From assembly GCA_029717555.1 (NCBI GenBank), contig JAMDHS010000025.1, positions 1 to 64,000 of the forward strand: 64,000 nucleotides of DNA, given 5' to 3'. The DNA comes from Peribolospora baueri (Eukaryota). How positions within the stretch are numbered: the first letter of the stretch is position 1; every line of letters starts with the position of its first letter. Under the pieces are notes generated by a model. It was not told where the DNA came from. It saw nothing but the letters and a program-made list of their open reading frames with translations, and ran no database searches. The translations under genes were made by a program, and so were the position numbers. Of the stretch, positions 36,601 to 48,877 are shown piece after piece.

Positions 36601-37122
36601 TGTAACATGCTCAAGTCCGACGTTGCCCGTCACCTCCTCGGCCTTCCCCTCCACCCTCGCACCCCTCGCGAAACTCGCTCCGTCCTCCGCTCCGTCAAAC
36701 ATCTTTGGAACCTCGAATGGTCGTGCGGACTGGGCTCGGACTTGTCCAACACCAACGCCAACGCCAACGCCGCCTCGCCCCTCCCCGGCACCACCTCGTT
36801 TCCTTCCGACGCCCAGCGCGCTCCCGACTCGGTCGTCCCGCCCTCGGAGGAGGACACGCTGCGCATCCCTCACCCCGCCTCGCTCGCCCTCGCCGCCGGC
36901 ACGCTCAGCCGAGTAGCGTACGCCGAACACGCGCTCCAGTTCATCAAGAACATCTACGAACACCACTTTCGCGCCGTCCTCCGCGAGCACGGTAGGCTCA
37001 GCAAAGGGGCCACTGAGTTTGTTCTTGATAGCCTGTTTGACACCGTGCGCGAAAAGGCAGAGGCTGGAGGCTTGGAGGAGCTTGAGATGGAGCTGTGCGT
37101 GCTTGCCCTCCGCCGAGCTTGA
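32272..37122 (+). CDS. Large intronless protein (~1616 aa): low-complexity N-terminus plus C-terminal SABATH/Methyltransf_7-like domain
   Basis: Single ORF, first ATG at 32272 (CACCATG context). C-terminal motifs LAEFGC, FQITHEDSTQADF, ARPFASRVLPPNSLHVGMSLMDLHW and FLTARAQEFRKGGVLVL occur in SABATH order. Confidence 0.75.
33808..33882 (+). repeat. 24-nt coding tandem repeat, three copies (VAPSNSTH/VAPSNSAH/VAPPSSVH)
   Basis: gtcgccccttccaactccacccat followed by two diverged copies. Confidence 0.85.
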
Positions 37123-37482
37123 ACGCCCGCCGCTGCCCAATCCTTTCCTCCCTTCATCTACGTCCGCCCGTCGCAAGCGCCCCCAATTTTTCTTGATTCT
37201 GCGCTTTCTTGGCCCTCTTTTTTGGTTTTCCGATACGCTACGCTAGGGCTTTTGTCGTCTAAGAATCATCCGCGTCACCGGCTATCTTCTTCCCTTTCCT
37301 CGTCGCTTTCAGGGCTATTTTGGTTTTCTTTGGGTCTCCGGGTCTCATCTCTATTCGCGTTCCCTGTCTTCGTCTTACTAGTCTGTCCGTCCGTTCGTCC
37401 GTCCCGCCGCAGATCCCATCTATCGTAGCCGCATCGTTCGTGTCCCCGCGTCTTTTTCTTCCCAACACGCTCCTCTAGTCAT

Positions 37483-37535
37483 CCCTCCCCCCTCCTCCCC
37501 CCCCCCCCCTCCCCCCCCCCCCCCCCCCCGCCCCC
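37483..37535. repeat. Poly-C tract (G-runs on the minus strand)
   Basis: About 50 nt of almost pure C between the converging SABATH-like gene and the phosphatase pseudogene. Confidence 0.9.
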
Positions 37536-37747
37536 AATGCCCCACTTCCCCTCTTTATTCGTTCGTCTCGCCGCCTCAACTCATTCCACGTCCCATGTTT
37601 TGCCACGTCTCCATGTAAAACTATTTTCCCCCTTCCATACATACATCCATCCATCCATCGAGCCGACCGTGGGGGCGTCGTCGCTCGCAGATTGTCGAAT
37701 GACAAATTTTGTCGTCGGATCGTAACGCAACCAACAGCTAGCGGGCT

Positions 37748-40700
37748 TCATCTTCCCATCTCCATCCATCCGTCAAAGGCGAGGTCAGGTTTGATGGACA
37801 CCGATGCCGGCCTGGAGTGAAAGAAAAAATAAAGGGGGCGCCGGAGTGAGTGACGGCTCACATGTTCGGGTTCCCGCCTGTGTTCCGAGCTGACTCCGAC
37901 GCCGGAATCCATCATTTCAGCTCGTGTCCACGACCAAAAAAGAAAAGAAAATAAAAGAAAACGCAACGCCGCAAGAAGAAGACCTGCACGCACCCGTAAC
38001 AAACGAAATCAAAGTTGGCTGCCGCGGGCGCCTTTCCGACGTTGCGGAGGAACGAAGGGAGCGGGCAGAGGCCGTCGGCGCGGGCGCGGGCGCGGGCGGG
38101 GCAGCCTTGGTCCTCGTCCAGTGGGATGATGGCCTCGTTGATTTGCGCGCGGACGTACTGCTCGGGTCTGCTGCGCGCGAAGTGGAGGGGAGCGGAGGAG
38201 AGGAAGGATGTGGAACGGCTTCGGTTAGACTAGACGGTCGAGAGAGTCGAGTCGAAAAATAAAATTTGCGACGCGACGGCGAGACGTGATTCCCGACAGA
38301 AGAAAACGAAAGGAAACGCAGACTCACTGCTCGCCCTCGGAGCACTCGATGACTTCGGGAACGAAACGGGCGCCGAAGGGGACGATATAGCTCGTCTTGA
38401 ACTTGCAGTTCGGGTCCATGGTCGTCGAGGATAGGTTCCCGGCCGTCGAGGCGAGGGAAGGCGGGTTAGGGGTGTAGGCATGGGCGATAGAACGCTATGT
38501 GAGATGTAAGAGCAGAGGGGACCTCGGCTCACAGTAGAATTGTGTCATGTTGAGAGCGGCGAGCACGGAAACGATCACGTCTGCCGTTCCCATAGGTGTG
38601 AGTGGTCACAGAAAGAATAATGAGCGTCCCTTCAGCGCTTGCGCCGCGGGGACCCCCGTGCGACTCACAGTCATGACTGAAATCGAAGTACAAGTTCTGG
38701 CCAAGGGGGAAGTACACGGAGCTCGAGTCGAGCATCGTATTCTGTGTGGTGACCGCATTAGTGGAATTGACGGTCCGTGGCGTTGAAGGTAAAGGGCGTC
38801 TTTGTAAGACGACGGTAAAGCTCCATGGCCCAGCCTGTTCGGAATCGCGGTTCCCAACATGGACCTACGGTTATATGCCGGCGGAAGGGCGAGGAGCAGG
38901 ACGTGAAGTGGAACGTGACGGGGCTCACCGACGCCCTGAGCACGGCCGCTGGGGTTGGAGAATCCGTAATCACCGTGGAAGGTGAGGTCGAGGGAGTACG
39001 CATAGCCCTCCCACTCTTCCTGGGTGAAGAGGGAACAGAAGGAGGAGTAGCCGAGGGCGACCGCTGTGAAGGGAGAAGGTACAAGGAGGACAAGTTGGGA
39101 ACGAGCGGGAGGCGATTTTTCGGACCGGAATGGCGTTCGGCTTGGTACCCACTCTCGTATGCGCAGAGAGACTGCATTCCATACGCGAGGGTGGTATTGA
39201 GGTTGAGACCCGTCACGTAAGCTGAAGGCGAGCGACCGCGTCCTTGAGGTAGAAGGGCTCCCGCTACGCCGTGGAGGAGGAGCGAGCGTTGCGCAAGCGA
39301 AAACAGCGATCGATGAGAACACTCGGACTCGACCGTGGCACACTCATTGGCGCCGCCACATCTTCGTCGGACGACTCACTTGCTCCGCCTGTTTATCTCC
39401 GAGCCAGAGATTGTTCAAGTTGTCTCTGGGACAAGGGCCGGGTCGAGAATGCGGCTCAGATGAGTGGCGGCGTGGGAAGGGGACCAGAAAAAGATTGGAG
39501 TGCGCGACACTCACGTATCGTAGGGCGCCAGAGTGTTATTGAAACCTTTCGCGGGCGTGTCCCCAGACTCGACGATGACCTCGAGGTCCACCTTGTCGGC
39601 AAAGTCGAGGCCGAAGAAGCCAGCGAGAAAGTAGCGCGCCGAGTCGAGCACGCGCTGCTCCGACGTCGTTCGGGCCACGGGCTTGTGCGTCTGGTTGGCC
39701 AGTATGTAGATGTGACCGTAGTTATAGAATGCGGCTATTCCCGAGTCGAAGACTGTAGGTGGGGAGCGGCGCAAGAGCAAAACACAGGTCATGGCCAGCG
39801 AACATTGAAAGATATAGACTAGACTGCGGGGCTCACGTTCCTGGGTGCCGATGGGAACGAGAATCTCGGCCTACATTGAGAAGAAGAGGAGAGGTAGAGT
39901 GTGATAAGGGATGAGCCATCGAGATGTCCAGTTAAATTAACTAAAATAAGGAGGAAAGCGGAAGACCGCCGGGAGTGAATGGAACGGATGTACGCACTCC
40001 CAGCTTGTACGTTCACTTGTTCAAGAGCTGGAGCGGACCGTGCGCCTTGAGCTGACGGGGGCAAGAATTGGAATGAGCAGGGAGTTCATTGGGACCGGAA
40101 ACTGTGAAGTGGGACGAAAGGTTCGATGGAAAAAGGAGGGCATGGACAAACTTACATTAGTGTTCTTGACGGCCTCTCCGAAGGCAGGTGCGCCTGAGGG
40201 AGAACGAGCGGTTGAGCGCTTGTGGCGGAAAAAAGGAACAGAGGTCAGTCAGGTGGAGGTGCTTACCCCTCGGTAGAGCATGAAGTCGGGTAACTGCCGG
40301 ACAGGGAAGGATCAGGCGGGGCAAAAGTGAGCAGCGATCCAAGAAGCGACGAGACGACGCCGTCCAGTGACTACGATGCTGCCGTTGGAAGGACAGCCGG
40401 ATCGACCGACCTAGCACCGTGTCGATGCAAGACATGGACCTGCTTGATCTCGCAAGACTCGTTGAGGACCTTGTATTTGGCCGTCTCGGGGAAGAGTGGG
40501 CTCGAGAAGTAGGGCGAGGTATTTCCCAGGGACTCGAAGATGTTGAACGTCGTCTCCCGCGAGGAGGAAGGGGACGAGGACGATGGAGACGACACCGTCG
40601 CCATCGCCTCTCCAACCCGCGGCTCAGATCTTCTCGAGACACGCGAACCGGCCCTTGAAAAGAAATGAGGGGGACAGACAGCAGGAGGAAGTACAAGAAG

Positions 40701-40977
40701 AAGTGAACCTCCACCCAGATCGGATCCTACCATCCCGCCATACTGCTCGCGCCACCGCGAAGGACGAGGCGGTCTCCACTCACGCCTGAGCCAAGAACGG
40801 CGCCGGGCCGGTCGAGGTGGGACATGGATAACCAATGTCCGTGGGGAAGGAGCCAGCGCCGGTGGGAGTTAAAGAAGAAGCCTTGCGCTGGATCTCGAGT
40901 GGTCCAGCCGACACGCGCACCAGACCGTCCAAGTAGGCGAGAGCGAGGGCGAAGAAGAGGACGCCGCGAAGGGGCAT
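37748..40977 (-). pseudogene. Secreted histidine acid phosphatase / 3-phytase pseudogene
   Basis: Signal peptide MPLRGVLFFALALAYL, CEIKQVHVLHRHGA-, GFNNTLAPYD, MQSLCAYE and LYFDFSHD. Lesions: in-frame TGA at 40013-40015, frameshifts near 39220 and 38772, a lost splice acceptor near 38443, and an altered RHGxRxP motif. Confidence 0.85.
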
Positions 40978-41735
40978 CGAGATGGGGGATCGCTTGCTCT
41001 TCGACGCCAGCGAAGAGGCGGATGAGAGGTAGACGGGGTAGAGAAGAGAAGAGAGAGTGGAAAGGGACATCAGAGGGCGCACTGTGCGTCTCGCTCGCGC
41101 CTATAAATAAGGACCTTGTGTTGCAAGATATGACTGTAGCCAGGGACGATGAGATTGGCATGCGCTATCTTTTCTCTCATCTCCTTTAGACGTTCATGAG
41201 ACATATGGCACGGGTGCCGGAAGGGGATGTGTGAAGCAAGATTACAAGGACGGTGGTTGGAAGTTGGGATGGGTCGCGTGAGTTATCTGATCTACAGCAA
41301 CTACATCCTTCCAACGGCGCCTTGGGCGTCTGTGGCGCTCTGCTTGCTCCTTCGGAAAGGGGCGGACGAACTACTATAACAGGTAAGCAGGGAGAGGTGG
41401 CTTGCAAACGGACGGATGGGGGCGCATGAGCCGCCGCCGTTCATGCTTACGGTCTATCATCGCCAAGAGGGAAGGACGGCAGAAGGAACGACTGACGAGC
41501 GTCTCGGGTGATGGACGGCCCATTCTTACAAAGTGTTTGATTCTTATAAGGTGGATTGAGTGGAGGGGGGCAAGCGAGCACGGAGTGTCTGCTTGACGAT
41601 CTATGGAGTACACTGCAAGTCTACAGAAGCGTAAGGGGAGAAGACAGCCTCTCTCTTTGGCCGTGCCAGCGCCGCGCCTCTTGCCTCACCCACCACGTCT
41701 CCCTCTGTGGTGGGCGCGCAACAGGGCAGTCCAAC

Positions 41736-42757
41736 TCAATGCGCCTCCTCCTTCTCTGGAGCTGAACCAGTCTCGGTGACAGGCTCCCTCTTCGTCTTCT
41801 CGTCATCCGTACGCGACTTTGCATCCTCCGCCGCTGCCTCGTCCGCGTCCATGTCGTCGATTTCTGAGCGGATTGGGATGAATGGGGAAGGAAGTTAGAG
41901 GCGGAGGGGGGGAAGCCATAATCAACATGCGTGCATGGAGAAAGACCATTGACGTCGGCTCCTCCATCCTCCGTCCTTCCCTAGCCAGTCAACGGCGCCG
42001 TTGGAGAAAAGAACAGGGAGCCACTTACCCTCAGCATAGACGTCCGGATGCTCCCTGAAGCAATCCTGCATGGCCTTGAACTTTTCGATGCAGTCCACGC
42101 CCTTCGGCTCAGCCTCGGAGTAAACGAAGCAGCTGAACGCGGCCTTGAACTGCTCCCCGCAAGGCCCGTGAGCCATACCACCAAGACAAGGGCAGTCCCA
42201 GTTAATCGTGTCCGTCTCCGGGTCGTACGCCGATTGTTGCTGTGCGGGCGTCTCCGACCCGTCTCCACCGTCCTCTTGCGAGTCAGGGCCCTTGGGCTTT
42301 CCGTCAGGTGTTGCCTTCTTCTCCGCCGCCTTGTTCACCTTCGACGACGGGGCATCTGGAGAGACTCCTACAAGCGTAAAAAAAGGGCCGAGCCGGATAA
42401 GGCAGGCCATGCCATGTCAAGCCATGTCAGACGGGCCTCCGGACTACCCCTTCGCGCGAAGAAAGACAAGTAGAGTGCGGCGCATTCCCGCTCACTCTTT
42501 TCGTCGTCAAGCCGTACGCTATCCCTACTCAACCCCGACAGTGTAAGAGCGGCTGCTACACCAAAGCCGCTGAGCCATGCTAGCCGGGTCGTCGTCGAAG
42601 GGGAGGGGGACGACGATGGTCCGGTAGAAGAGGAAGCGTAGGTGCGGGCACGGGCACGCAAAGAGACGGACGCCGCTCGCGGGCAGCAAAATGTTGGGCC
42701 CGCAGTGGTGACGGCCGTCCGGACTGCAGAGCGAGCGAGTCGAGGACTAAAAGACAT
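41736..42757 (-). CDS. MIA40: Mitochondrial intermembrane space import and assembly protein 40
   Basis: [57 protein letters not shown] (CPC plus twin CX9C), an Arg-rich presequence and a hydrophobic anchor. Three exons, stop TGA at 41736. Confidence 0.96.
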
Positions 42758-43020
42758 GACGGGCGGGAGATGGAGGTGAGGATGAAAGCGATGGTGATGG
42801 CGCATGCCGAGCTCGAGCTTCGAATCTTCTCTCGGCCGAGACGGTGATCAACCTTCCGATCGCCTATTGCCGCGCACTTAGACGGCGATAAGACGGGTCG
42901 ATCATATCGGCGGTTCGGTTGTACGGTCTAGCCGCTCGCCGAGAGTGGGGGTGAGGGGCCGAGGGAGGCTTCGAGGGGGCCCTCCTTTCTTGTCTCCCAA
43001 TCTCATCATCCTCCACCCAC

Positions 43021-46000
43021 ATGGCTTCGTCACAGAAGATCAAGATCGCCATTGGTGAGCTGGATCAGCCAGCTGAGAGAGAGAAAGAGAAGGGTTTGAG
43101 AAGCACGGTAACTGCACAGATCGCACGCTCATCTTGTTCTCCGTCGTGTGACCCTCCCTTATCTCTGTAGACCGCGGTGGGGTGAGTGTCCTCGCTAGTC
43201 ACCCCGCTGAATAGCTCTACTTCGAGGAGTATTCATCCCATGCCTTCCCTTCCTCCTCCCGTGCCTCTTCTCCACACAGACCTTCACCGACTGCCTTGGC
43301 ATCGTGCCAGGTCGGAAGGAAGGTGAGCGGCGAGACTTCCGCGTGACGACCTTGTGTCCAACTCCTCGGCCCCAACACGCCCAGGAGTGCTCCTTCTCAC
43401 TAAATCTCTCTCTACCATGGACCATAATTCATCTTTCTATTACCAGGCGACATCCTTGTCAAACTGCTCTCCCAAGATCCGAAGAACTACAAGGACGCAC
43501 CGCGAGAAGGCGTGCGACGCATCCTCGAGATTGCCAGGGGAACAAAGATTGCCAGGGAAGAGCAGATTCAGACGGACGATGTTGGTACGTATGTGCATGG
43601 ATGAGGTTTCGGTTTTGCTTCGGCAGCAGGACATCTCCACCTCTCGCTGATGTCGTCGCTATCTACCGCCTCCTTAACCTAGAGTGGATTCGGCTCGTGA
43701 GTCAGACAATCATCCGTGTGATCACTTGCGGTGCATGCTCACCTACAAGGCTTATGTCCTATATTGCAGAGCACGACGGTTGCCACGAATGCGCTACTGG
43801 AACGCAAGGGAGAGAAACACGCCTTGCTTATTACCAAGGGTTTCAAGGTGTGAATTAAGCACATCGCTCGTTGGTTACGTTACAAATAGACACCCCCAAT
43901 TGAGGCAGAGTGTGCTGACCGCTCACTTCTGTCCCTCTTTTCCGTTGATACCCGATCGTCTCTAGGACCTCGTCCAGATCGGTAACCAGTCCCGCCCCCG
44001 GATCTTCGACCTCGCGATCCGCAAACCGGACGTTCTCTACTCCACAGTGGTGGAAGTCGACGAGCGCGTCACACTCGTTGGCTACACGTCTGATCCCAAT
44101 GCCGAGGCAAACGCTGTTAAGTTTGATGAGGAAGGCAAGGTGTTGAGGAAGTACAAGGACGGAAAGGAAGAAGACGTGGACGGGGCGAGCGAGGAGTGGA
44201 AGGGGGAGATCATCAGGGGTTTGAGCGGAGAGGCGGTTCAGGTTTTGAAAAAGCCTGGTTAGTACAGGCCGTCGGGCGACTGAGCCTGCTTGCGTCAGAC
44301 AGTATAGGCTAGGGTGGAAGTCGATGACTGGTTGCGCTTCTGTCCCCGTCTCATGTCACTCTATTCAGATCTTACCCAGGTGAAGAAGGACTTGCAGAAG
44401 CTGTACGACGAGGATTACCGAACGGTGAGCTACTTCCTCTATCGACATACCTCATTCATGTCCTCCGGTTTAATCCGTTCTTACTCTTCACGTCCACCAC
44501 GGCACCGGGCGACTAGCTCGCCATAGTCTTCATCCACTCGTACACGTACCCAGAGCATGAGCTCCAAGTGGGAGCGCTGGCGAAAGAGGTCGGCTTCAAG
44601 CACGTATCCATCTCTTCGCAGCTTATGCCAATGATCAAGATGGTTCCTCGTGGAACTAGCACTACGGCTGATGCGTATTTGACGCCTGTCCTCAAGGCTT
44701 ACATCGATGGTGAGGCGCCTCTTTCTGCGCAAGCTGGCAGTCCCAAGAAAGGCATGTCGTGCGGCCATCGAGAGCGATACTTATTTCCGGATCCGCCTTA
44801 CCTCCCTCTCCCCTCTTTTAGGCTTTTTCGACGGTTTCGATCCTTCCCTCCGTTCTGGAAAAGCTGGCACGCGCGTCGAGTTCATGATGTCTGACGGGGG
44901 ACTGACCGAGGTTGATCGGTTCTCGGGCCTCAAGTCTATCATCTCTGGGTGAGCTGCCGTCTTACGTTTCCTTGCTACTCACGTTTCCCGTCCCCTTTCA
45001 CATATGCGACGAGTTTTTTCTAATGCCCTTTCTGGACCACCCTGTTCATTCAGTCCCGCCGGCGGCGTAGTCGGCTTTGCCTTGACTTCGTGGGATGAGA
45101 AGAACAAGACGCCGGTCATCGGTCTGGACATGGGAGGCACCTCCACTGACGTTTCACGATTCGATGGTCGTTACGAACACATCTTCGAGACCACCATCGC
45201 TGGCGTGTCTATCCAGGTACGTCTCAGTGCGAATCCTGTACGTGATTCTAAAGGCAGGAGTTGAGCATGGTATACGCGTTGTTCATCTACGCAGTCGCCT
45301 CAACTCGACCTCAACACCGTGGCGGCAGGCGGCGGCTCCCGGCTCTTCTTCCGCAACGGCCTCTTCAACGCTGGCCCTGAGTCTGCCGGAGCCCACCCAG
45401 GCCCCACATGTTATCGCAAAGGAGGGCCTCTGACGATCACTGACGCCAACTTGGTCCTCGGTCGACTCGTCCCGGAACACTTCCCTAAGATCTTCGGGCC
45501 GAACGAGAACGAGGGATTGGATCTTGAGGCGAGCAAGGGGGAGTTTTCAAAGTTGAGGGAGCAGATCAATCGCGAGACGGGGAAGGATCTGAGCTTGGAT
45601 GAGGTGGCTTGGGGGTGAGTTGAGAAGCACCCTTCTTTCTTTTCCGTCTACCACGTCCTACTCCCGAGCCAGAGAGCGTGACATCTGCCTTTCTTTTCGG
45701 TGCGATTGAATCCCGTCGCATCTTCTCGTCTGCCTCACAGGTTCATCAAAGTGGCCAACGAGACGATGTGCCGGCCGATCCGTACCTTGACCGAAGCACG
45801 CGGCTACTCTACGTCGAAGCACATTCTCGCCTCCTTCGGTGGCGCGGGCGGTCAGCATGCGTGTGCGATTGCTTCTACGCTCGGGATCCAGACGGTACTC
45901 GTGCACCGATACTCGTCCATCCTCTCCGCGTATGGCATGGCTTTGGCGGACAGGGTGAATGAGAGGCAGGAGCCTTCATCCGAAACGTGGGACGGGGAGA

Positions 46001-47072
46001 ACGGGGAGGCTCTGAAGAGGATGAGGAAGAGGATCGATATCCTGGAGAGAGAGGCTCGTGTAGTGCTCACCGGTCAGGGATTCTCGGAGGAAAGAGTCAA
46101 GAGCGAAATTTACCTGTAAGCGCTGACTTGCTGTCTCGAAGTACATGGTTCTTTGCGGGCGGGAACGCCGGAGGGGTCGACAACTGGTTGGGTAGTGCTG
46201 ACTTGATTCGCTCACATGCCCTTCCTGATGTGCCACAGGAATATGAGATACGAGGGCACGGATACTTCGCTGATGATCCTCAAGCCCGAATCCGACTGGG
46301 ATTTCGAGCGAGAGTTCGTCAATCAGTACAAGCAGGAGGTGGGTCCTTCGTGTGCTTTTGGGAGGCCGATGGCTCGTTCATGCTCACCCGACGGTCTTGC
46401 TGACCATGCTTTGCCTCCCCTGTTGTCACTTTCCTATCTTCTATCTCATTTGCTCGCTCTTTCTTGATCTAAGTTCGGCTTCCTCCTAACCGACAAGCGC
46501 ATCGTCATCGACGACGTGCGCGTACGAGCCATTGGAAAAACATTTGACAGCCTGGGCGAAAGCGTGTTCGAGGAAACCTCCAAGACCGACTTCAAGCCTA
46601 TTTCCTCGTCCGCGGGAGGAGAGAACGACCTGAAGAGCGAAGGGCAGAAAAGCGTGTATTTTGAAGGTACAGGGAGGGTCCAAACGCCCGTCTGGTCGAT
46701 TGCTCGGATGAAGAAGGGCGATCTCGTCGAAGGGTGAGTGAAATTCCCCGACCTGCCATTGAATCCACTTCATTGCCCTCGCTAGCAGGAGCGATTTCAA
46801 CGCGTGCTAAGCCCATTGGCTTCATCTTGTTTCCTGCTCGACCTCCTATTTTACACCTGCGCAGTCCCGCCATCCTCCTCGACGAGACGCAGACCATCGT
46901 CGTCGATCCCAAGTGTACGGCCAAGATCACGAGCAAGCACGTGTGGATTGACGTCCGCAAGTAAGTGGTCCGTCCGTCAAAGTGGGACTGGAAAGAGGGA
47001 ACGTGCAGGCGTCGTCATCGTTCTGACGACCGACGAGAGAATGCATCAAGGAAACGCTCGGAAGGGACGTAG
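43021..47072 (+). CDS. 5-oxoprolinase N-terminal (hydantoinase-A, ATP-binding) half only, multi-exon
   Basis: [102 protein letters not shown] and [14 protein letters not shown]. Ends either VWIDVRK* (unspliced, 46964) or VRKKRSEGT* (spliced, 47072). Confidence 0.9.
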
Positions 47073-47357
47073 ATTTTGGGCATCGGTCTCGTTTTGGCTT
47101 TCCATCTGCCTTCCCCTGCAATACCGATTGTTTTGCAAGTTGAACCGTCGTAGAATACCAGAATGCAATGCCATTCAGCCTGCTTCATCCCGAGGCCTGC
47201 CTGTTAGATCGGGGGTAGGGCAGCCCTGGAACAGACGAGTCAGTTCAAGGTACTATGAGGCACCTAACTTCCTCGCATTGAATGCTATCAACGTAGAGTA
47301 GGTTGAAAAAGACTAGACGGTATCCTTTCAGACATGGGAAGAATCCTCGGACTAGAA

Positions 47358-48575
47358 TTACACCGCTCCCGCTGTCATTGCCTCGCGCTTCTGTGCATCT
47401 GAAAACTCCTTGTTTCCCCGAATGAGCCCTTCACCGCTCGCCGACGTCGCCCCAGTTGGTGGAGGAGCACCGGAGAAGTATATCCTCCTGGCGACATCTT
47501 CCACCGTCCAGTCAAGCCCTGCAAGGAGGTTTTCGCCCGTCACTGCGCTGCACGGCTGGATGCGCCATGCGTGGGAGGTGATGCTGGGGAGAGCGAGGGC
47601 CTTCATACAACAAGAAGAAATGGCAGCGTGAACGATGGAACGGGAGCAGGAGGATCGGTACAGATATACGAAAAATCGGAAAAGAAGATAGGACGGCGAG
47701 CCAAAGCCGGATCGGCTCACCTCCTTGATCTCGTCCGGCGACATGGACCCGCGAATGTCCTGCTTGTTGGCAAAGACGAGTAAGGTAGCGCCGGCTAATC
47801 GCTGTCGTAAGGCCATCCATAAAGTCCATCCAAGCAAAGGGAAAAGCAAGTGAACAGCATCTTGAGCTTTCTAGCCCTTTCCCATGCGACGCCCTGTTAG
47901 TCCTCCAGCCCCAGTCCATAGACACACCTCCTCTGTCAACAAAGCTCCCAGCTCGTCCTTGCAGTCTTGCATGCGCATCCGATCACCCGAATCAACCACC
48001 CATACAATGGCATCTGTCTGCTCAAAATAATTTCGCCAGTAGGGACGGAGTGTGCGCTGGCCTCCTACGTCCCCTTGAGGGAGAAGGAGGAACGTTGAAC
48101 GTGGGGATGGGAATAAAGGACGAGGTGCCTTGAGCAACGAGTAGGACTAAAAGAAACTGGAATTTAGGACAAGTGGAAAGCTCCACAAAAACTCTCACAG
48201 ACGTTAAGAGTGTATCTGAACGCATGGGGAGCAAAGCCAACGGGGTAAAGAAGGTGGGCACGGGTTAGCGAAGCGTTCACGGTGGGCCAGTTCACAAGAT
48301 GAGCTCACCCGCGGTGCACAAATGTCTTGATGTTAAATCCAAGCGTGGGGCTAATAGTAGAAATGTCCTCGCCGTTGATTTTTTTTATGATCGTCGTCTT
48401 GCCAGCATTGTCGAGGCCTAGGAAGAGGATGCGCATTTCCTTTTCTTTCACTAATACGTAGGCAGGGCGAGACGAGGCGGAGAGGGGAGGTTAGCTTGGC
48501 TCAGTGGGCCGTCGGGGAGGGCACTCTCAACTCTCACTCACTCCGGTTCTTGCGAATGACGGTGAGAAGACCCAT
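47358..48575 (-). CDS. ARL2: ADP-ribosylation factor-like protein 2 (Arl2/Alp41/Cin4)
   Basis: [68 protein letters not shown] and CSAVTGENL. Confidence 0.95.
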
Positions 48576-48877
48576 TTTTTCCGTCCTCGTCTTGTTTCGC
48601 ACTTCTTTAGGGACGGTCGCCGCTTCTCTATCTACCTCGACGATCCAAATTGCAACGACGCCCTGCAGCTGATCGATGGTCACGTGAATGTTCCTTGGCT
48701 GCACCGTCGAGACCTTTCATACCAATATACCAATTCATCACATCATGGATGAGTTGTTCTCGCAATTCGATTAGCCTGACTTGCAAGACCACGAGCAGGA
48801 TGACCTTCCCGTTGGGCACTAGAGCCTCCTTCATTTTGAAGCATGTAAGATACAGAATGACAAGACAGGAGATTTTT

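Noticed and set aside
32716..37176. Long antisense ORFs (715, 392 and 367 aa)
   Set aside because: Shadow frames of a very GC-rich coding sequence, with no recognisable motifs.
40013..40015. TGA at a conserved Trp position as evidence of TGA=Trp recoding or restorative A-to-I editing
   Set aside because: The same gene has several frameshifts and a lost acceptor, and TGA is the normal stop of SPT4, MIA40, RPT3 and the BEACH gene. Pseudogenisation explains it more simply.
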